Source: an uncultured delta proteobacterium
GTDB taxonomy: Bacteria; Desulfobacterota; Syntrophobacteria; BM002
Assembly (NCBI GenBank): GCA_963712115.1
Contig: CAVQGX010000031.1
Location: 32,001 to 96,000, forward strand
Direction of reading: 5' to 3'
Length of the DNA: 64,000 bases
The notes under the pieces are model-generated. The model was not told where the DNA came from, made no database searches, and worked only from the letters and a program-made list of their open reading frames with translations. The translations under genes were made by a program, and so were the position numbers. This document shows, piece after piece, positions 19,299 through 28,586 of the stretch. The number at the start of each line of letters is the position of its first letter. The stretch's first letter is position 1.

Positions 19299-20936
19299 AT
19301 GTCAGCTGACATCATGGAATTCGATACGTTGGTGGTTGGTAGTGGAATCGCTGGCCTCACTTTCGCTCTTAAGGTAGCGGCCACCCGCAAGGTCGCAGTG
19401 GTGACCAAGAAGGAAAGTGTGGAAACCAGCACCAATTATGCCCAAGGTGGAATTGCCTCGGTGCTCGGCCCTGAGGACTCCTTCGACCTCCACATTCAGG
19501 ATACCCTGAGCTCTGGTGACGGACTCTGTCATCCCGATGTGGTGGCCATGGTAGTTAAAAGTGGTCCTGATCGTATTAGGGAGCTGGCCGAAATGGGTGT
19601 GCGCTTTCAGCGGGGGCAGCAGGAATCCCTACCATTCGATCTGGCTCGCGAGGGGGGCCACTCCCGCAGCCGGATTGTCCATGCGCAGGACATGACCGGC
19701 AGAGAGGTGGAGCGAGTCTTGCTCTCCATGGCCGAGGAGCACCCCAATATCTCTATTTTTGAAAATCACATCGCCATCGACTTGATTGTCGAATGTCAGC
19801 TACTCAAACGGGGGTTACTGACTACCCAGCGGCAGGAACGGTGCTGGGGTGCCTACGTTCTGGATATCGAAGGAAATCGTATCTTGACGTTCCTGGCAAG
19901 AGACACCCTTCTTTGTACAGGCGGTGCCGGCAAGGTATACGTTTACACCAGCAACCCTGATGTGGCCACTGGAGACGGTGTGGCCATGGCCTACCGAGCA
20001 GGGGCAGAAGTTGCAAATATGGAATTTGTGCAATTTCACCCTACCTGCCTTTATCACCCCCACGCTAAGAATTTCCTCATCTCAGAAGCGGTGCGGGGCG
20101 AAGGGGGGCGCCTGATAGACAAACGTGGGCAGGATTTTATGTCCAAATACCACCCCCTCAAAGATCTGGCTTGTCGAGACGTAGTGGCCCGAGCCATTGA
20201 TACTGAGATCAAACAGAGTGGGGACGACTGCGTTTATGTGGACATAAGCCATCGCGATGCTGATTTCCTGCGACAGCGTTTTCCCAATATTTATGAAAAA
20301 TGCTTTTCTCTTGGTATGGACATTACCAAGGAGCCAATACCGGTGGTCCCAGCTGCCCACTACATGTGCGGTGGAGTGTGCACTGACAAGCATGGACGCA
20401 CCAGCATCCAACATCTTTATACCTTGGGTGAATCAGCTTGTACCGGGCTTCACGGCGCCAATCGTCTGGCCAGCAACTCCCTCCTCGAAGCTCTGGTATT
20501 CGCCCATACAGCTGCTGACCAGATCAATAGCGAACCCCTGTCCCCCGGAGAAAAGATTTCCTTTCCAGAGGTTCCCCCTTTGGAGATGCCACCGAACGCC
20601 AACGATAGCGAAATGGTGCTTATAGCTTACAGCTGGGACATAATCCGACGACTTATGTGGAACTACGTGGGCATCGTCCGTAAGGACAGCCGTCTAAACC
20701 TGGCACAAAATCACCTGGCCCAGATACAGCGAGAAATCAACGAACACTACCCCAATATAAGCCTAAACAGTGATCTCATCGAACTGAGAAACCTGGCCAC
20801 TGTTGCCGAGTTGATCGTGACCTGCGCTCTCAAGCGTCGTGAAAGCCGAGGCCTCCATTTCAACCTCGACCACCCTCAGAAGGACGACGAGCGCTGGCAA
20901 AGGGACACCATAATCCGCCTGGATCAATGGGCCTGA
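19299..20936 (+). CDS. nadB: L-aspartate oxidase
   Basis: GSGIAGL, YAQGGIA, EGGHS, QFHPT, LISEAVRGEG, AHYMCGG, HGANRLASNSLLE, ESRGLH. Confidence 0.96.
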   Translation: MSADIMEFDTLVVGSGIAGLTFALKVAATRKVAVVTKKESVETSTNYAQGGIASVLGPEDSFDLHIQDTLSSGDGLCHPDVVAMVVKSGPDRIRELAEMGVRFQRGQQESLPFDLAREGGHSRSRIVHAQDMTGREVERVLLSMAEEHPNISIFENHIAIDLIVECQLLKRGLLTTQRQERCWGAYVLDIEGNRILTFLARDTLLCTGGAGKVYVYTSNPDVATGDGVAMAYRAGAEVANMEFVQFHPTCLYHPHAKNFLISEAVRGEGGRLIDKRGQDFMSKYHPLKDLACRDVVARAIDTEIKQSGDDCVYVDISHRDADFLRQRFPNIYEKCFSLGMDITKEPIPVVPAAHYMCGGVCTDKHGRTSIQHLYTLGESACTGLHGANRLASNSLLEALVFAHTAADQINSEPLSPGEKISFPEVPPLEMPPNANDSEMVLIAYSWDIIRRLMWNYVGIVRKDSRLNLAQNHLAQIQREINEHYPNISLNSDLIELRNLATVAELIVTCALKRRESRGLHFNLDHPQKDDERWQRDTIIRLDQWA

Positions 20937-21005
20937 TATGATATGGGATGTGTGATAGAAACTCGTCCCTACCATCTCACATCCCACATCTCATATCTCA
21001 CATCT
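20935..21005. repeat. Mirror heptamer array (GATATG/GATGTG then ATCTCAC x4-5)
   Basis: gatatgatatgggatgtgtgat ... catctcacatcccacatctcatatctcacatc. Confidence 0.7.
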
Positions 21006-21022
21006 TGTAAGCCTTCGCGGAC

Positions 21023-21052
21023 AAAAAAACCCCGGAAAATCCGGGGCTTTTC
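21023..21052. terminator. Bidirectional intrinsic terminator between nadB and qrcD
   Basis: A7-CCCCGGA-aaa-TCCGGGG-cTTTT between convergent genes. Confidence 0.75.
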
Positions 21053-21079
21053 ATTTTCACTATCTCTATTCAGAGAAGA

Positions 21080-22312
21080 TCAATCCAGTGGATTCAGCTC
21101 ACGCTCCCTTGGAAATACAGGCAGGTATCGATAAGAAAGTGAGATTAGCAAGGCGCCGTAGGCAAGCACGGCAACAGTAGGTGCCCATTCCTGCCAGGTG
21201 GGAACATAGATTTCCAAACGGTCAAAGGGCATTACCGGCAATGCTAGGTTCTGCACGGTAAAAACGAAGCGGTTTATGATTATGCCGGCGCAGTCCAGGA
21301 CACAGGCGACAATGAGCAAGACATCATCTTCTCGCGCTTTTGGCGTAAGCAAGATGATGGCTGGTATAATGCCGCAGACAACTATCTCGGCAAAAAGGAG
21401 CCACAATCCATAGGGCGCCTGGAAGAACTCGCTGAAACTCACGCCCATATTGGGTGCCGTGTGAGTCGCCCACCACCACGTGTCCAAAATTTTGACCAGC
21501 ATATAAAAGGCGAGCAAGTATCCGGTCACCTTGGCCAGTAGAGAGATGGCCTCACGGCGGACTAGTTTTTTCCGCGTAATACCCTGTACCATCGTGGTTA
21601 CAAGGATGGTAAGGGCCGGACCGGAAGCAATGGCCGATGCCACGAACAAGAAGAAGGTCCAGGGCCAGATAAAAAATCCTTCACGGAAGGCGAATGGCCG
21701 GGCAAACATTACACCATAAAGACCACCCAGGGAGCCCTGGTGAAAGAAGCTCAAAAAGGTACCTGTAGCAGCAAAAACAACCATGATCTCGTGGAGGTTG
21801 TGACTGAAAAAGTGGAATTCCGGCACCTTGTCCAACTGTCGGTTTTCAAGAATTAAAGGTAGGAACTCTATGGTAAGCACTATGGTGTAGCAGGTGATGC
21901 AGAAGATCACTTCCGTGAGCATTGAGTGAACATTGGGGTGCCAGAAGGAAAACCAGCCCCTGATGGGTTGACCTATTTCCAGAAGCAGCACCAGCTGGGC
22001 ACCAGTATAGCAGATAAACCCAACGACCACGGCCAGGTTGATAATATCTTTGAGTTCCTTTTTACCGATCACATAAGTAAGAAAGCCGGTAAAAAAAGCT
22101 CCCGCCCCTAAAGCAATAATTGCCAGGTCTGCAGTGATATACAAGCCGAAGCCGAAATAGTCGTTCAGGCCGGTAACGTTCAGTCCCTTCCACAGCACTA
22201 GGAACCCACCCAGTACGCCCCAGCCGATTACGCCGAATATCACCAGCAGCCAAAGGCAAAAAGCTTTAAAAGAACACCGTTTTACCCCTTCGGGAATGAG
22301 TGCTGAATCCAT
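21080..22312 (-). CDS. qrcD: Quinone reductase complex membrane subunit (NrfD/PsrC family)
   Basis: MDSALIPEG N-terminus, DLAIIALGAGAFF, EIGQPIR, SFFHQGSLGG, ~10 TM helices. Confidence 0.9.
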   Translation of the reverse strand: MDSALIPEGVKRCSFKAFCLWLLVIFGVIGWGVLGGFLVLWKGLNVTGLNDYFGFGLYITADLAIIALGAGAFFTGFLTYVIGKKELKDIINLAVVVGFICYTGAQLVLLLEIGQPIRGWFSFWHPNVHSMLTEVIFCITCYTIVLTIEFLPLILENRQLDKVPEFHFFSHNLHEIMVVFAATGTFLSFFHQGSLGGLYGVMFARPFAFREGFFIWPWTFFLFVASAIASGPALTILVTTMVQGITRKKLVRREAISLLAKVTGYLLAFYMLVKILDTWWWATHTAPNMGVSFSEFFQAPYGLWLLFAEIVVCGIIPAIILLTPKAREDDVLLIVACVLDCAGIIINRFVFTVQNLALPVMPFDRLEIYVPTWQEWAPTVAVLAYGALLISLSYRYLPVFPRERELNPLD

Positions 22313-22349
22313 GGTTTTCCTCTCTTGTCCATGGTGGTTCTAATCTAGC

Positions 22350-23099
22350 CTAAATCACGTTGTCAGCCAGCTTGTGAATCCATTCCTGGCTGCTCAGGTA
22401 GATTACCTTTGGTTTGGTTCCGAGCCTTTCTAAAAGTCGAAAGGCGTTTGGGCTCTTGGCCAGCTTGGCTACCTCGCTATGGGAATCAGCCAAATTGCCA
22501 AAAGCCATGGCCTTGGCCGGGCACGTCTCAACACATGCCGGCACGTATTCTCCCTCGTGCAGCTCCTTTCGCCCTTCCAAAAAGGCCCTGTCCTTAGCCA
22601 GCTGCAACCGGTGGACACAGAAGGTGCACTTCTCCACCACCCCCCGCATCCTGGTGGAAACCTCTGGAGTAAGCATCTCTTCCATGGGGTTAGGCCACTT
22701 TGGGTCCCACCAATTGAAGTAGCGGGCATGGTAAGAGCAGGCAGAGATACAGTACCTGCAGCCAATGCAGCGTACAGGGATGTGGCTCACCAAGCCGGTC
22801 TCCTCATCACGCTGGGTGGCATTTACCGGGCAAACAAAGGTGCACGGTGGGTATGGGTCCGCGTCGCACTGGAGACACGGTCTGGGCAAATAGGCCTTGC
22901 GATGGTCCGGATAAGGTTTCCCATTCTCGAGATAAAAGACCTTCAACCAGGTAATGGAGCGCACCTTGTTGGTCTCATCCTCTCTGAATGGAACATTGTT
23001 CTCCTGCTGGCAGGCCACTGCACAAGTCATGCAGCCGGTGCACTTGTCCACATCGATGACCATGCCGTACCTAATTTTCCCTGAGTTGTTCCCACTCAT
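22350..23099 (-). CDS. qrcC: Quinone reductase complex Fe-S subunit
   Basis: Four Cys groups (CTGCMTC..AC, C..C..PC..VCP, CIGCRYC..AC, EKCTFC..PAC..CP). Confidence 0.9.
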   Translation of the reverse strand: MSGNNSGKIRYGMVIDVDKCTGCMTCAVACQQENNVPFREDETNKVRSITWLKVFYLENGKPYPDHRKAYLPRPCLQCDADPYPPCTFVCPVNATQRDEETGLVSHIPVRCIGCRYCISACSYHARYFNWWDPKWPNPMEEMLTPEVSTRMRGVVEKCTFCVHRLQLAKDRAFLEGRKELHEGEYVPACVETCPAKAMAFGNLADSHSEVAKLAKSPNAFRLLERLGTKPKVIYLSSQEWIHKLADNVI

Positions 23100-23107
23100 T
23101 TCCTACC

Positions 23108-25480
23108 TCATACTTTGTAGATTTTCACCCGAGTTCCCCACCAGCTGGCAAGGCCAGTGACCTTATCCTGTTGGGCCACCAAAATTGCGTTGGCGTTGAC
23201 CCCCTTGCCCTTGATATAGGAATCGAAACCACTGTGGCCTAGACCGGTGGGAATAAAGACCACATCAGGCCGCGCAGCTCCAGTCAAGTGAACACGAGCC
23301 TCGAGCGAACCCCGTTCGCTCTGAAGTGCAACCCTATCTCCCTCCTTGAGGCCCAAGTTTGCAGCGGTCTTGGCATTGATCTCAACAAAGCAATCATTCC
23401 CTTTCAGTTCGAAATCAAAAAGCATCTTGGTCATGAAGGGAGGGTTGGCCACCGGGCCATTGGCAATGATCAAGGTTTCATAGGGCATGAGAAGCAATGG
23501 ATATTCATTCGGATCTCCAGCTGGTTCCACCTGTTCGAAATGGGGCAGATAGGTGAGATCGTTACCCCTTATGCCAATTTGACGCATTTTTTGGCTATAG
23601 AACTCAAACTTGCCCGAAGGGGTCTTGAAAGCCGAACCCCAAGAAGGCATGGACGCGGAAGTGTCAAACCAGCAACCGTGTTCGCCCAGTTTCTCCCACA
23701 GGTCGTCAAATGAATCATAGTTAGGAGCTAAATTGATTCCCTGGCCACCTTTCCAAGGCTCAACCCCAGGCTCATCTGCCACTCTACCGCTACCCCTTTC
23801 GGCTAGTCCCTCCACCCTTTGCCTCAAAGCCGTTTCATAGTCGGACCAGGGGAAACTGGAAGCAACGCCACCGCCCAGCGATTTTGCCAGCTGAATCAGT
23901 ATATCGCCAGGATGGATGGTTGCAAATCGCGGCATCAAAACTGGCTTGCTCAGGCCGAATACAGGGTATTGCAATCCTGGGGGGGTAGGCACGTCCTCCA
24001 ACCTTTCCAGGTGGGTGGGACCTGGAAGCACCAGGTCGGCAAGCTGGGCAGTCTCATCCATAAAAGAAGAGAAGGAGACAACGGTCTCAATTTTGCTCAA
24101 GGCCTCGATGAAGGGTTTGGCATCAGCCAAGTCGTGGGCGGGATTGGCCTCGTAGACCCAGAGCATCTGTGCTGGATAAAGGTTGCCCTGGTTAATGTTT
24201 TTCACGAAGTTGTAGAAAAGGTTTGCTGGCAAGGCTGTCTGCAACCCACTGGCTCCATCCAGCCTCGGCTCCTTCTCTCCTTCCAGACTCATTGCATCCA
24301 GTACCACTTCGGGCCATGGCGCCAAAGGCACCGGAGGTGTTCTCGTTACTCCGCCAGGTTTGTGCAGGTTTCCCACTAATGCATTGAGGCTTTGAACAGC
24401 AAGGAAATCGTAGATGCTTCCTTGCATCCTCCCTTGGCCCCAACCACTCAGGGCTACGGCCGGCTTAGTTTGAGAGAACTCTCTTGCGAGTGCTGATATT
24501 TTTTCTCTGGTCACTCCGGTGATGGCAGCCACCTTCTCTGGAGTATAGTTCCTTTGGAGAAGTCTCCCGAACTCTTCGAATCCATAACAATATTGGTTCA
24601 CAAAGGTACGGTCGTAAAGACCCCCGCTTATAATTACCTGGGCAAGACCCAGGGCAAGTGCCGCCTCTGTTCCCGGTGCCACTGCCACCCAATCATCAGC
24701 CTTGGACGCGCTCAGCGATCCCCTGGTCTCCACCTGGACTATTCTGGCGCGGTCGTCCTTGGACTTGTTGCGCCAGCTACCAAAGGCCTTCAGCATGCGG
24801 GCGGGAACACCCCAGCCTTCAATGTAGCTACTGCCAAAGCTGATAATCATCTTGGCATTTTCCAGGTCATAACCGACAAGGTCACCCTGTCCCTGACTGA
24901 ATAACAAACCAAGAGATTCTGCATCGGCTGCCGACGGCATTAACATGTAGTTTGGTGAGCCATAGGCACGGAGGAAGCGAGCAAAAAGCTCAGGAACAGT
25001 ACCTTGCCGTTTGCCGCTTACGCAAGCGAGACCTCTGGCTTTTTGCCGCATACCTCGCAATTTGGTGGCGAGGATCTCCAGGGCCTCATCCCAGCTAATT
25101 GGTTTCAGGGTTGCAATATCGCCCCGTTGGCCCGTTTGCTTTAGGGGTGTCTCGATACGGCTGGGACCATACAAGTACTGGAGGCCGGAAGCGCCTAGAG
25201 GGCAAATACCCCCTTGATTTACTGGATGAGTGGGATTTCCTTCAATGTTTACCGCATTCTTTGCCTGGATGAGTCGAACCCTGATGCCACAACCACCTGG
25301 GCAAAGCTGACAGACCGTATTCACCGTTGTGGCGCCACCTCTTTCCGGCGAAGGCCGCCAGAACCAGTTCTGGCTCCAGATAGCCGTGTCATCTGCCATT
25401 TTCCACGGCAGAGGCGACAACAGCGTGCCGCCCACCCCTCCTGCTATCAGTTTAACGAAGGCTCTTCTGTCTAATTTCAT
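23108..25480 (-). CDS. qrcB: Quinone reductase complex molybdopterin-oxidoreductase-like subunit
   Basis: Tat-like LDRRAFVK, PLPWK..DD..IWSQNW, CQLCPGGC...CPLG, DMSOR-like fold. Confidence 0.88.
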   Translation of the reverse strand: MKLDRRAFVKLIAGGVGGTLLSPLPWKMADDTAIWSQNWFWRPSPERGGATTVNTVCQLCPGGCGIRVRLIQAKNAVNIEGNPTHPVNQGGICPLGASGLQYLYGPSRIETPLKQTGQRGDIATLKPISWDEALEILATKLRGMRQKARGLACVSGKRQGTVPELFARFLRAYGSPNYMLMPSAADAESLGLLFSQGQGDLVGYDLENAKMIISFGSSYIEGWGVPARMLKAFGSWRNKSKDDRARIVQVETRGSLSASKADDWVAVAPGTEAALALGLAQVIISGGLYDRTFVNQYCYGFEEFGRLLQRNYTPEKVAAITGVTREKISALAREFSQTKPAVALSGWGQGRMQGSIYDFLAVQSLNALVGNLHKPGGVTRTPPVPLAPWPEVVLDAMSLEGEKEPRLDGASGLQTALPANLFYNFVKNINQGNLYPAQMLWVYEANPAHDLADAKPFIEALSKIETVVSFSSFMDETAQLADLVLPGPTHLERLEDVPTPPGLQYPVFGLSKPVLMPRFATIHPGDILIQLAKSLGGGVASSFPWSDYETALRQRVEGLAERGSGRVADEPGVEPWKGGQGINLAPNYDSFDDLWEKLGEHGCWFDTSASMPSWGSAFKTPSGKFEFYSQKMRQIGIRGNDLTYLPHFEQVEPAGDPNEYPLLLMPYETLIIANGPVANPPFMTKMLFDFELKGNDCFVEINAKTAANLGLKEGDRVALQSERGSLEARVHLTGAARPDVVFIPTGLGHSGFDSYIKGKGVNANAILVAQQDKVTGLASWWGTRVKIYKV

Positions 25481-25515
25481 GAGATCCTTCCCCTCACTGT
25501 AAATTTCCCAATGTG

Positions 25516-26082
25516 CTATTTATGACAAACGTCACAGGCGTTAGATACATTCTCCCGGGCATGACAGTCTTCACACACGTACATCTTGATAATCTCATTA
25601 GGGTACCCAGTGAGACGGTTTATTTTGACCGGAGGAGCCTTAGTCTCACCTGCAACATCCCGATGGCAGTCTGTACACTCCATCTCGGCCATCTTCACAT
25701 GAGCGGCATGTGAGAAGAAGACGTTGTCTGGTTGCCTCGAATAGGAAATCCAGGGAATCTCTTTTTCAGGTTCCACATATTCAGAGACCAGCTTCGCCTC
25801 ATCCTCGGTTTCACCTTGTGGTTCTGCATGGCACTCAACACAAGTAGACAGCCTTGGTTTGCCGGCATAAGTTCCGTCCTCACGGAAGGAGTGGCAATCC
25901 TCGCAGCTCATGCCCGCGTCTTCCTGGTGGATGGCGTGATTGTAGTTGATAGGCTGGTACTTGGTGGAAAAGAGAAGTTGTGGGAAAACAATCCAACCAA
26001 CGAAAAGTGCACCAGCGAAGCCAAGGACAAAGAGAACCCAACCCAGTAGGCCCGAATCCTGTTGCTTGTTTTCTCCGGTCAT
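25516..26082 (-). CDS. qrcA: Membrane-anchored pentaheme cytochrome c
   Basis: N-terminal TM helix and five CxxCH motifs; QPDNVFFSHAAH. Confidence 0.9.
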   Translation of the reverse strand: MTGENKQQDSGLLGWVLFVLGFAGALFVGWIVFPQLLFSTKYQPINYNHAIHQEDAGMSCEDCHSFREDGTYAGKPRLSTCVECHAEPQGETEDEAKLVSEYVEPEKEIPWISYSRQPDNVFFSHAAHVKMAEMECTDCHRDVAGETKAPPVKINRLTGYPNEIIKMYVCEDCHARENVSNACDVCHK

Positions 26083-26397
26083 GGAACGCCTCGGTATTTT
26101 GGAGTGTAGGTTTAAGGAATGAAGGGTGAGTCACTATGGCGAGATCACTATTCCCGGGCTGCAATTCTCACAGCGGGAACGGAGCCAGGATCACGCCAAA
26201 TTAAGCTTTTTTTCACAAGACAAATCTGTACTTTTCTACCGATTTCCTCACCCCTTGTCAAGTGAAAAGGTTTGCACAAGACAGGCTAATCATAGTCATT
26301 AGATCAAACCTCTAGCCTGCCTTGACACCAAGGAAACAATTTCTTTATGCTGGAAGAGGCTAATTTGATTTCCGAGTCACCTTATTTGACCATCGTC

Positions 26398-26515
26398 TGG
26401 TCATTTGGCTTCGCCGTCAGTAAGGCTGCGCCCGTCATTCGGCCTTAAGGCCGTCATTATGTCGTTGCAACAAATGACCATAAATGACAGCACAGCGTAG
26501 TGACCTAACGACTAA
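26398..26515. repeat. Second GTCATT...AATGAC mirror array
   Basis: gtcattcggccttaaggccgtcatt is close to the reverse complement of aatgacggccgtaaggccaaatgac at 2142-2166. Confidence 0.75.
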
Positions 26516-26584
26516 AAAGTAGCGAATGTTTCTGGCTTGGCGGCCGAAAGACTAACGTCTGTGGCCTGCTCTTGGAGGACAAAG

Positions 26585-27481
26585 ATGGATTTGCATCGGC
26601 TGGAGGTCTTTTGCAAAGTCTATGAGATGAAGAGCTTCTCTCGCGCTGGCAAAGCATGCCTGCTCTCACAGCCTACTGTGAGTGAGCACATACGCTATCT
26701 GGAGACTTTTTTGGACGTGCAACTCTTCGATCGACTAGGACGGCAAGTGGTGCCTACCCGGGCTGGGGAAATTCTCTATGACTTCGCTCGGCGCATGCTC
26801 AATCTCAGACGAGAGGCAACCCGCACCTTAGGACTTTACCGGGGGAAAATGTCCGGCGAACTGGAGCTAGGCGGCAGCACTATACCAGGCCAGTATATTC
26901 TCCCATCCCTTATCGGCAAGTTTAAACAAAGTTTCGCTGATATCAGGATAAAGCTCGTCATTGCTGATACTATGAATATTACTAATATGGTCCTTGAAGG
27001 CTCTTTGGAATTGGGGGTAGTAGGGGCCAAAATAAATAACAGTAAACTGCAATTTGACCGGTTGTTCGACGATGAACTCGTGTTGGCCATATCACCCAAC
27101 CATCAATGGGCAGAGCGTTCGTCCATCAGCCTAGATGAACTTGCTGACGCTTCTTTCATAATGCGCGAGCAAGGATCCGGAACCAGGATGATGATGATGC
27201 GCATTCTTGAGCAGGCTGATTTCGATCCCCAGCGGCTAAAGGTTGTGGCAGAGATGGGCAGCACCGATGCAATCCGCCAGGCCATTAAGGCCGAAGTCGG
27301 AGTCTCAATTCTGTCCCGCCGCGCCATTGCCGACGAATTAAATTTTCAGCAACTCTTTAAAATCCCAATAAAAGACCTTTCTTTCACCCGCCATTTCTAT
27401 CTGGTCACTCATAAAAAGCGCTCTAGATCACCACTGGGAGAAGCTTTTGTGGCTTTCCTCGTAGAGAATCGAGACAAGTGA
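26585..27481 (+). CDS. LysR-family transcriptional regulator (resembles the selenium-metabolism-associated subgroup)
   Basis: SFSRAG....SQPTVS HTH; GSTIPGQYILP, REQGSGTR, EMGSTDAIRQA. Confidence 0.88.
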   Translation: MDLHRLEVFCKVYEMKSFSRAGKACLLSQPTVSEHIRYLETFLDVQLFDRLGRQVVPTRAGEILYDFARRMLNLRREATRTLGLYRGKMSGELELGGSTIPGQYILPSLIGKFKQSFADIRIKLVIADTMNITNMVLEGSLELGVVGAKINNSKLQFDRLFDDELVLAISPNHQWAERSSISLDELADASFIMREQGSGTRMMMMRILEQADFDPQRLKVVAEMGSTDAIRQAIKAEVGVSILSRRAIADELNFQQLFKIPIKDLSFTRHFYLVTHKKRSRSPLGEAFVAFLVENRDK

Positions 27482-27688
27482 ATTCGAGACAAGAACCGTC
27501 AGATAAGGCTTAATCGATCTAGTTCAATCTGCCTTTGCACTTGACAAAACCTTACCTATGTGTTTATTAAGAACGCCTTTATGGTCATGTTTACTCCCAC
27601 TCTGAGTTTTTCCCTTTGCGAAAACAATCATCAGAAAGCCGTCACAGGAGTGGGACAAAGAAGCGGCTCATAACGGAACAATAAGAGA

Positions 27689-27823
27689 ATGAAAAGAACG
27701 TATCAACCAAGCAACACTCGGAGGAAAAGGACCCATGGCTTTCTGGTCCGCATGCGCAAGAAAGCGGGCCGGAAGGTAATCAGCCGCAGAAGGTCAAAGG
27801 GGAGGAAAAGACTCTCCGTCTGA
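27689..27823 (+). CDS. rpmH: 50S ribosomal protein L34 (below ORF-track cutoff)
   Basis: Translated by hand: [44 protein letters not shown]. Confidence 0.97.
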   Translation: MKRTYQPSNTRRKRTHGFLVRMRKKAGRKVISRRRSKGRKRLSV

Positions 27824-27864
27824 ACCAATGGGACGGACTGGTACGAGTCAGGGAAAGCGAGATC

Positions 27865-28251
27865 TTGCCCAGGATCCGTATGGTGGCGTCGGCTCCGCTT
27901 TTACAAGAACGATTTTTTCTCAAAAAACACGAACGGTTGCGACGCCGGAAAGATTTTGAGCTAGCCTTCCGCTACGGAAGCCGTCGCCATACCAAAAACT
28001 TCACCATCATCCTGAGGCCAAATGGACTGAAGTTCTCGCGTCTGGGGGTTACGGTTGGTAAAAAGGTAGGTAACGCAGTTAAGCGAAATCGAGTGAAACG
28101 CTACCTTCGCGAGTTTTTCCGTTTACATAAGCACAAGTTGCCACCATCACATGATGTGGTGATAATAGCTAAAGGAGATGCGGCAACCCTTGCTTATCAA
28201 GACGTGCGCGAGGAGTTAGCGGCCGTGCTTATTGGAAACAATTATTTATGA
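27865..28251 (+). CDS. rnpA: Ribonuclease P protein
   Basis: [21 protein letters not shown]; start uncertain (27865/27880). Confidence 0.95.
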   Translation: MPRIRMVASAPLLQERFFLKKHERLRRRKDFELAFRYGSRRHTKNFTIILRPNGLKFSRLGVTVGKKVGNAVKRNRVKRYLREFFRLHKHKLPPSHDVVIIAKGDAATLAYQDVREELAAVLIGNNYL

Positions 28252-28469
28252 TCAAAGGTTTTTTGCTCGCATCCATTCGAGCTTACCAGCTCATAATTTC
28301 GCCATGGACACTCCCGTCCTGCCGTTTTACCCCCACTTGTTCTGAATTTGCCCGCCAGGCCATTGCCACCTACGGTGTGGTTCGAGGTCTGGTCCTCACC
28401 GCCCGACGACTCCTGCGCTGCCATCCGTTCCACGCCGGTGGTTATGATCCGGTTGACAACTATCGGTGA
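28248..28469 (+). CDS. yidD: Membrane protein insertion efficiency factor
   Basis: [26 protein letters not shown]. Confidence 0.95.
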   Translation: MIKGFLLASIRAYQLIISPWTLPSCRFTPTCSEFARQAIATYGVVRGLVLTARRLLRCHPFHAGGYDPVDNYR

Positions 28470-28586
28470 TCTAAGGACTTAACTGGACTACTTTCACCGG
28501 AGCGAGAATTCCTCTCTCTGTGCTGGTTCAATTTAGAGTCTCGCTCCAATTCGTGGTCTGTCGCCTGCGGCAGGAGTTCTCAAGTT

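Noticed and set aside
21080-26082. Operon as a catalytic molybdoenzyme (Psr/Ttr/Arr) linked to arsenic genes
   Set aside because: Order cytochrome-MopB-like-FeS-NrfD and signature motifs fit Qrc; it is 30 kb from the ars genes.
26200-26280. Rex boxes upstream of qrcA
   Set aside because: One half-site (TTCACAA) and one site with wrong spacing; plausible but unsupported without a matrix scan.
27482-27688. oriC upstream of rpmH
   Set aside because: No dnaA and no cluster of TTATCCACA boxes seen.
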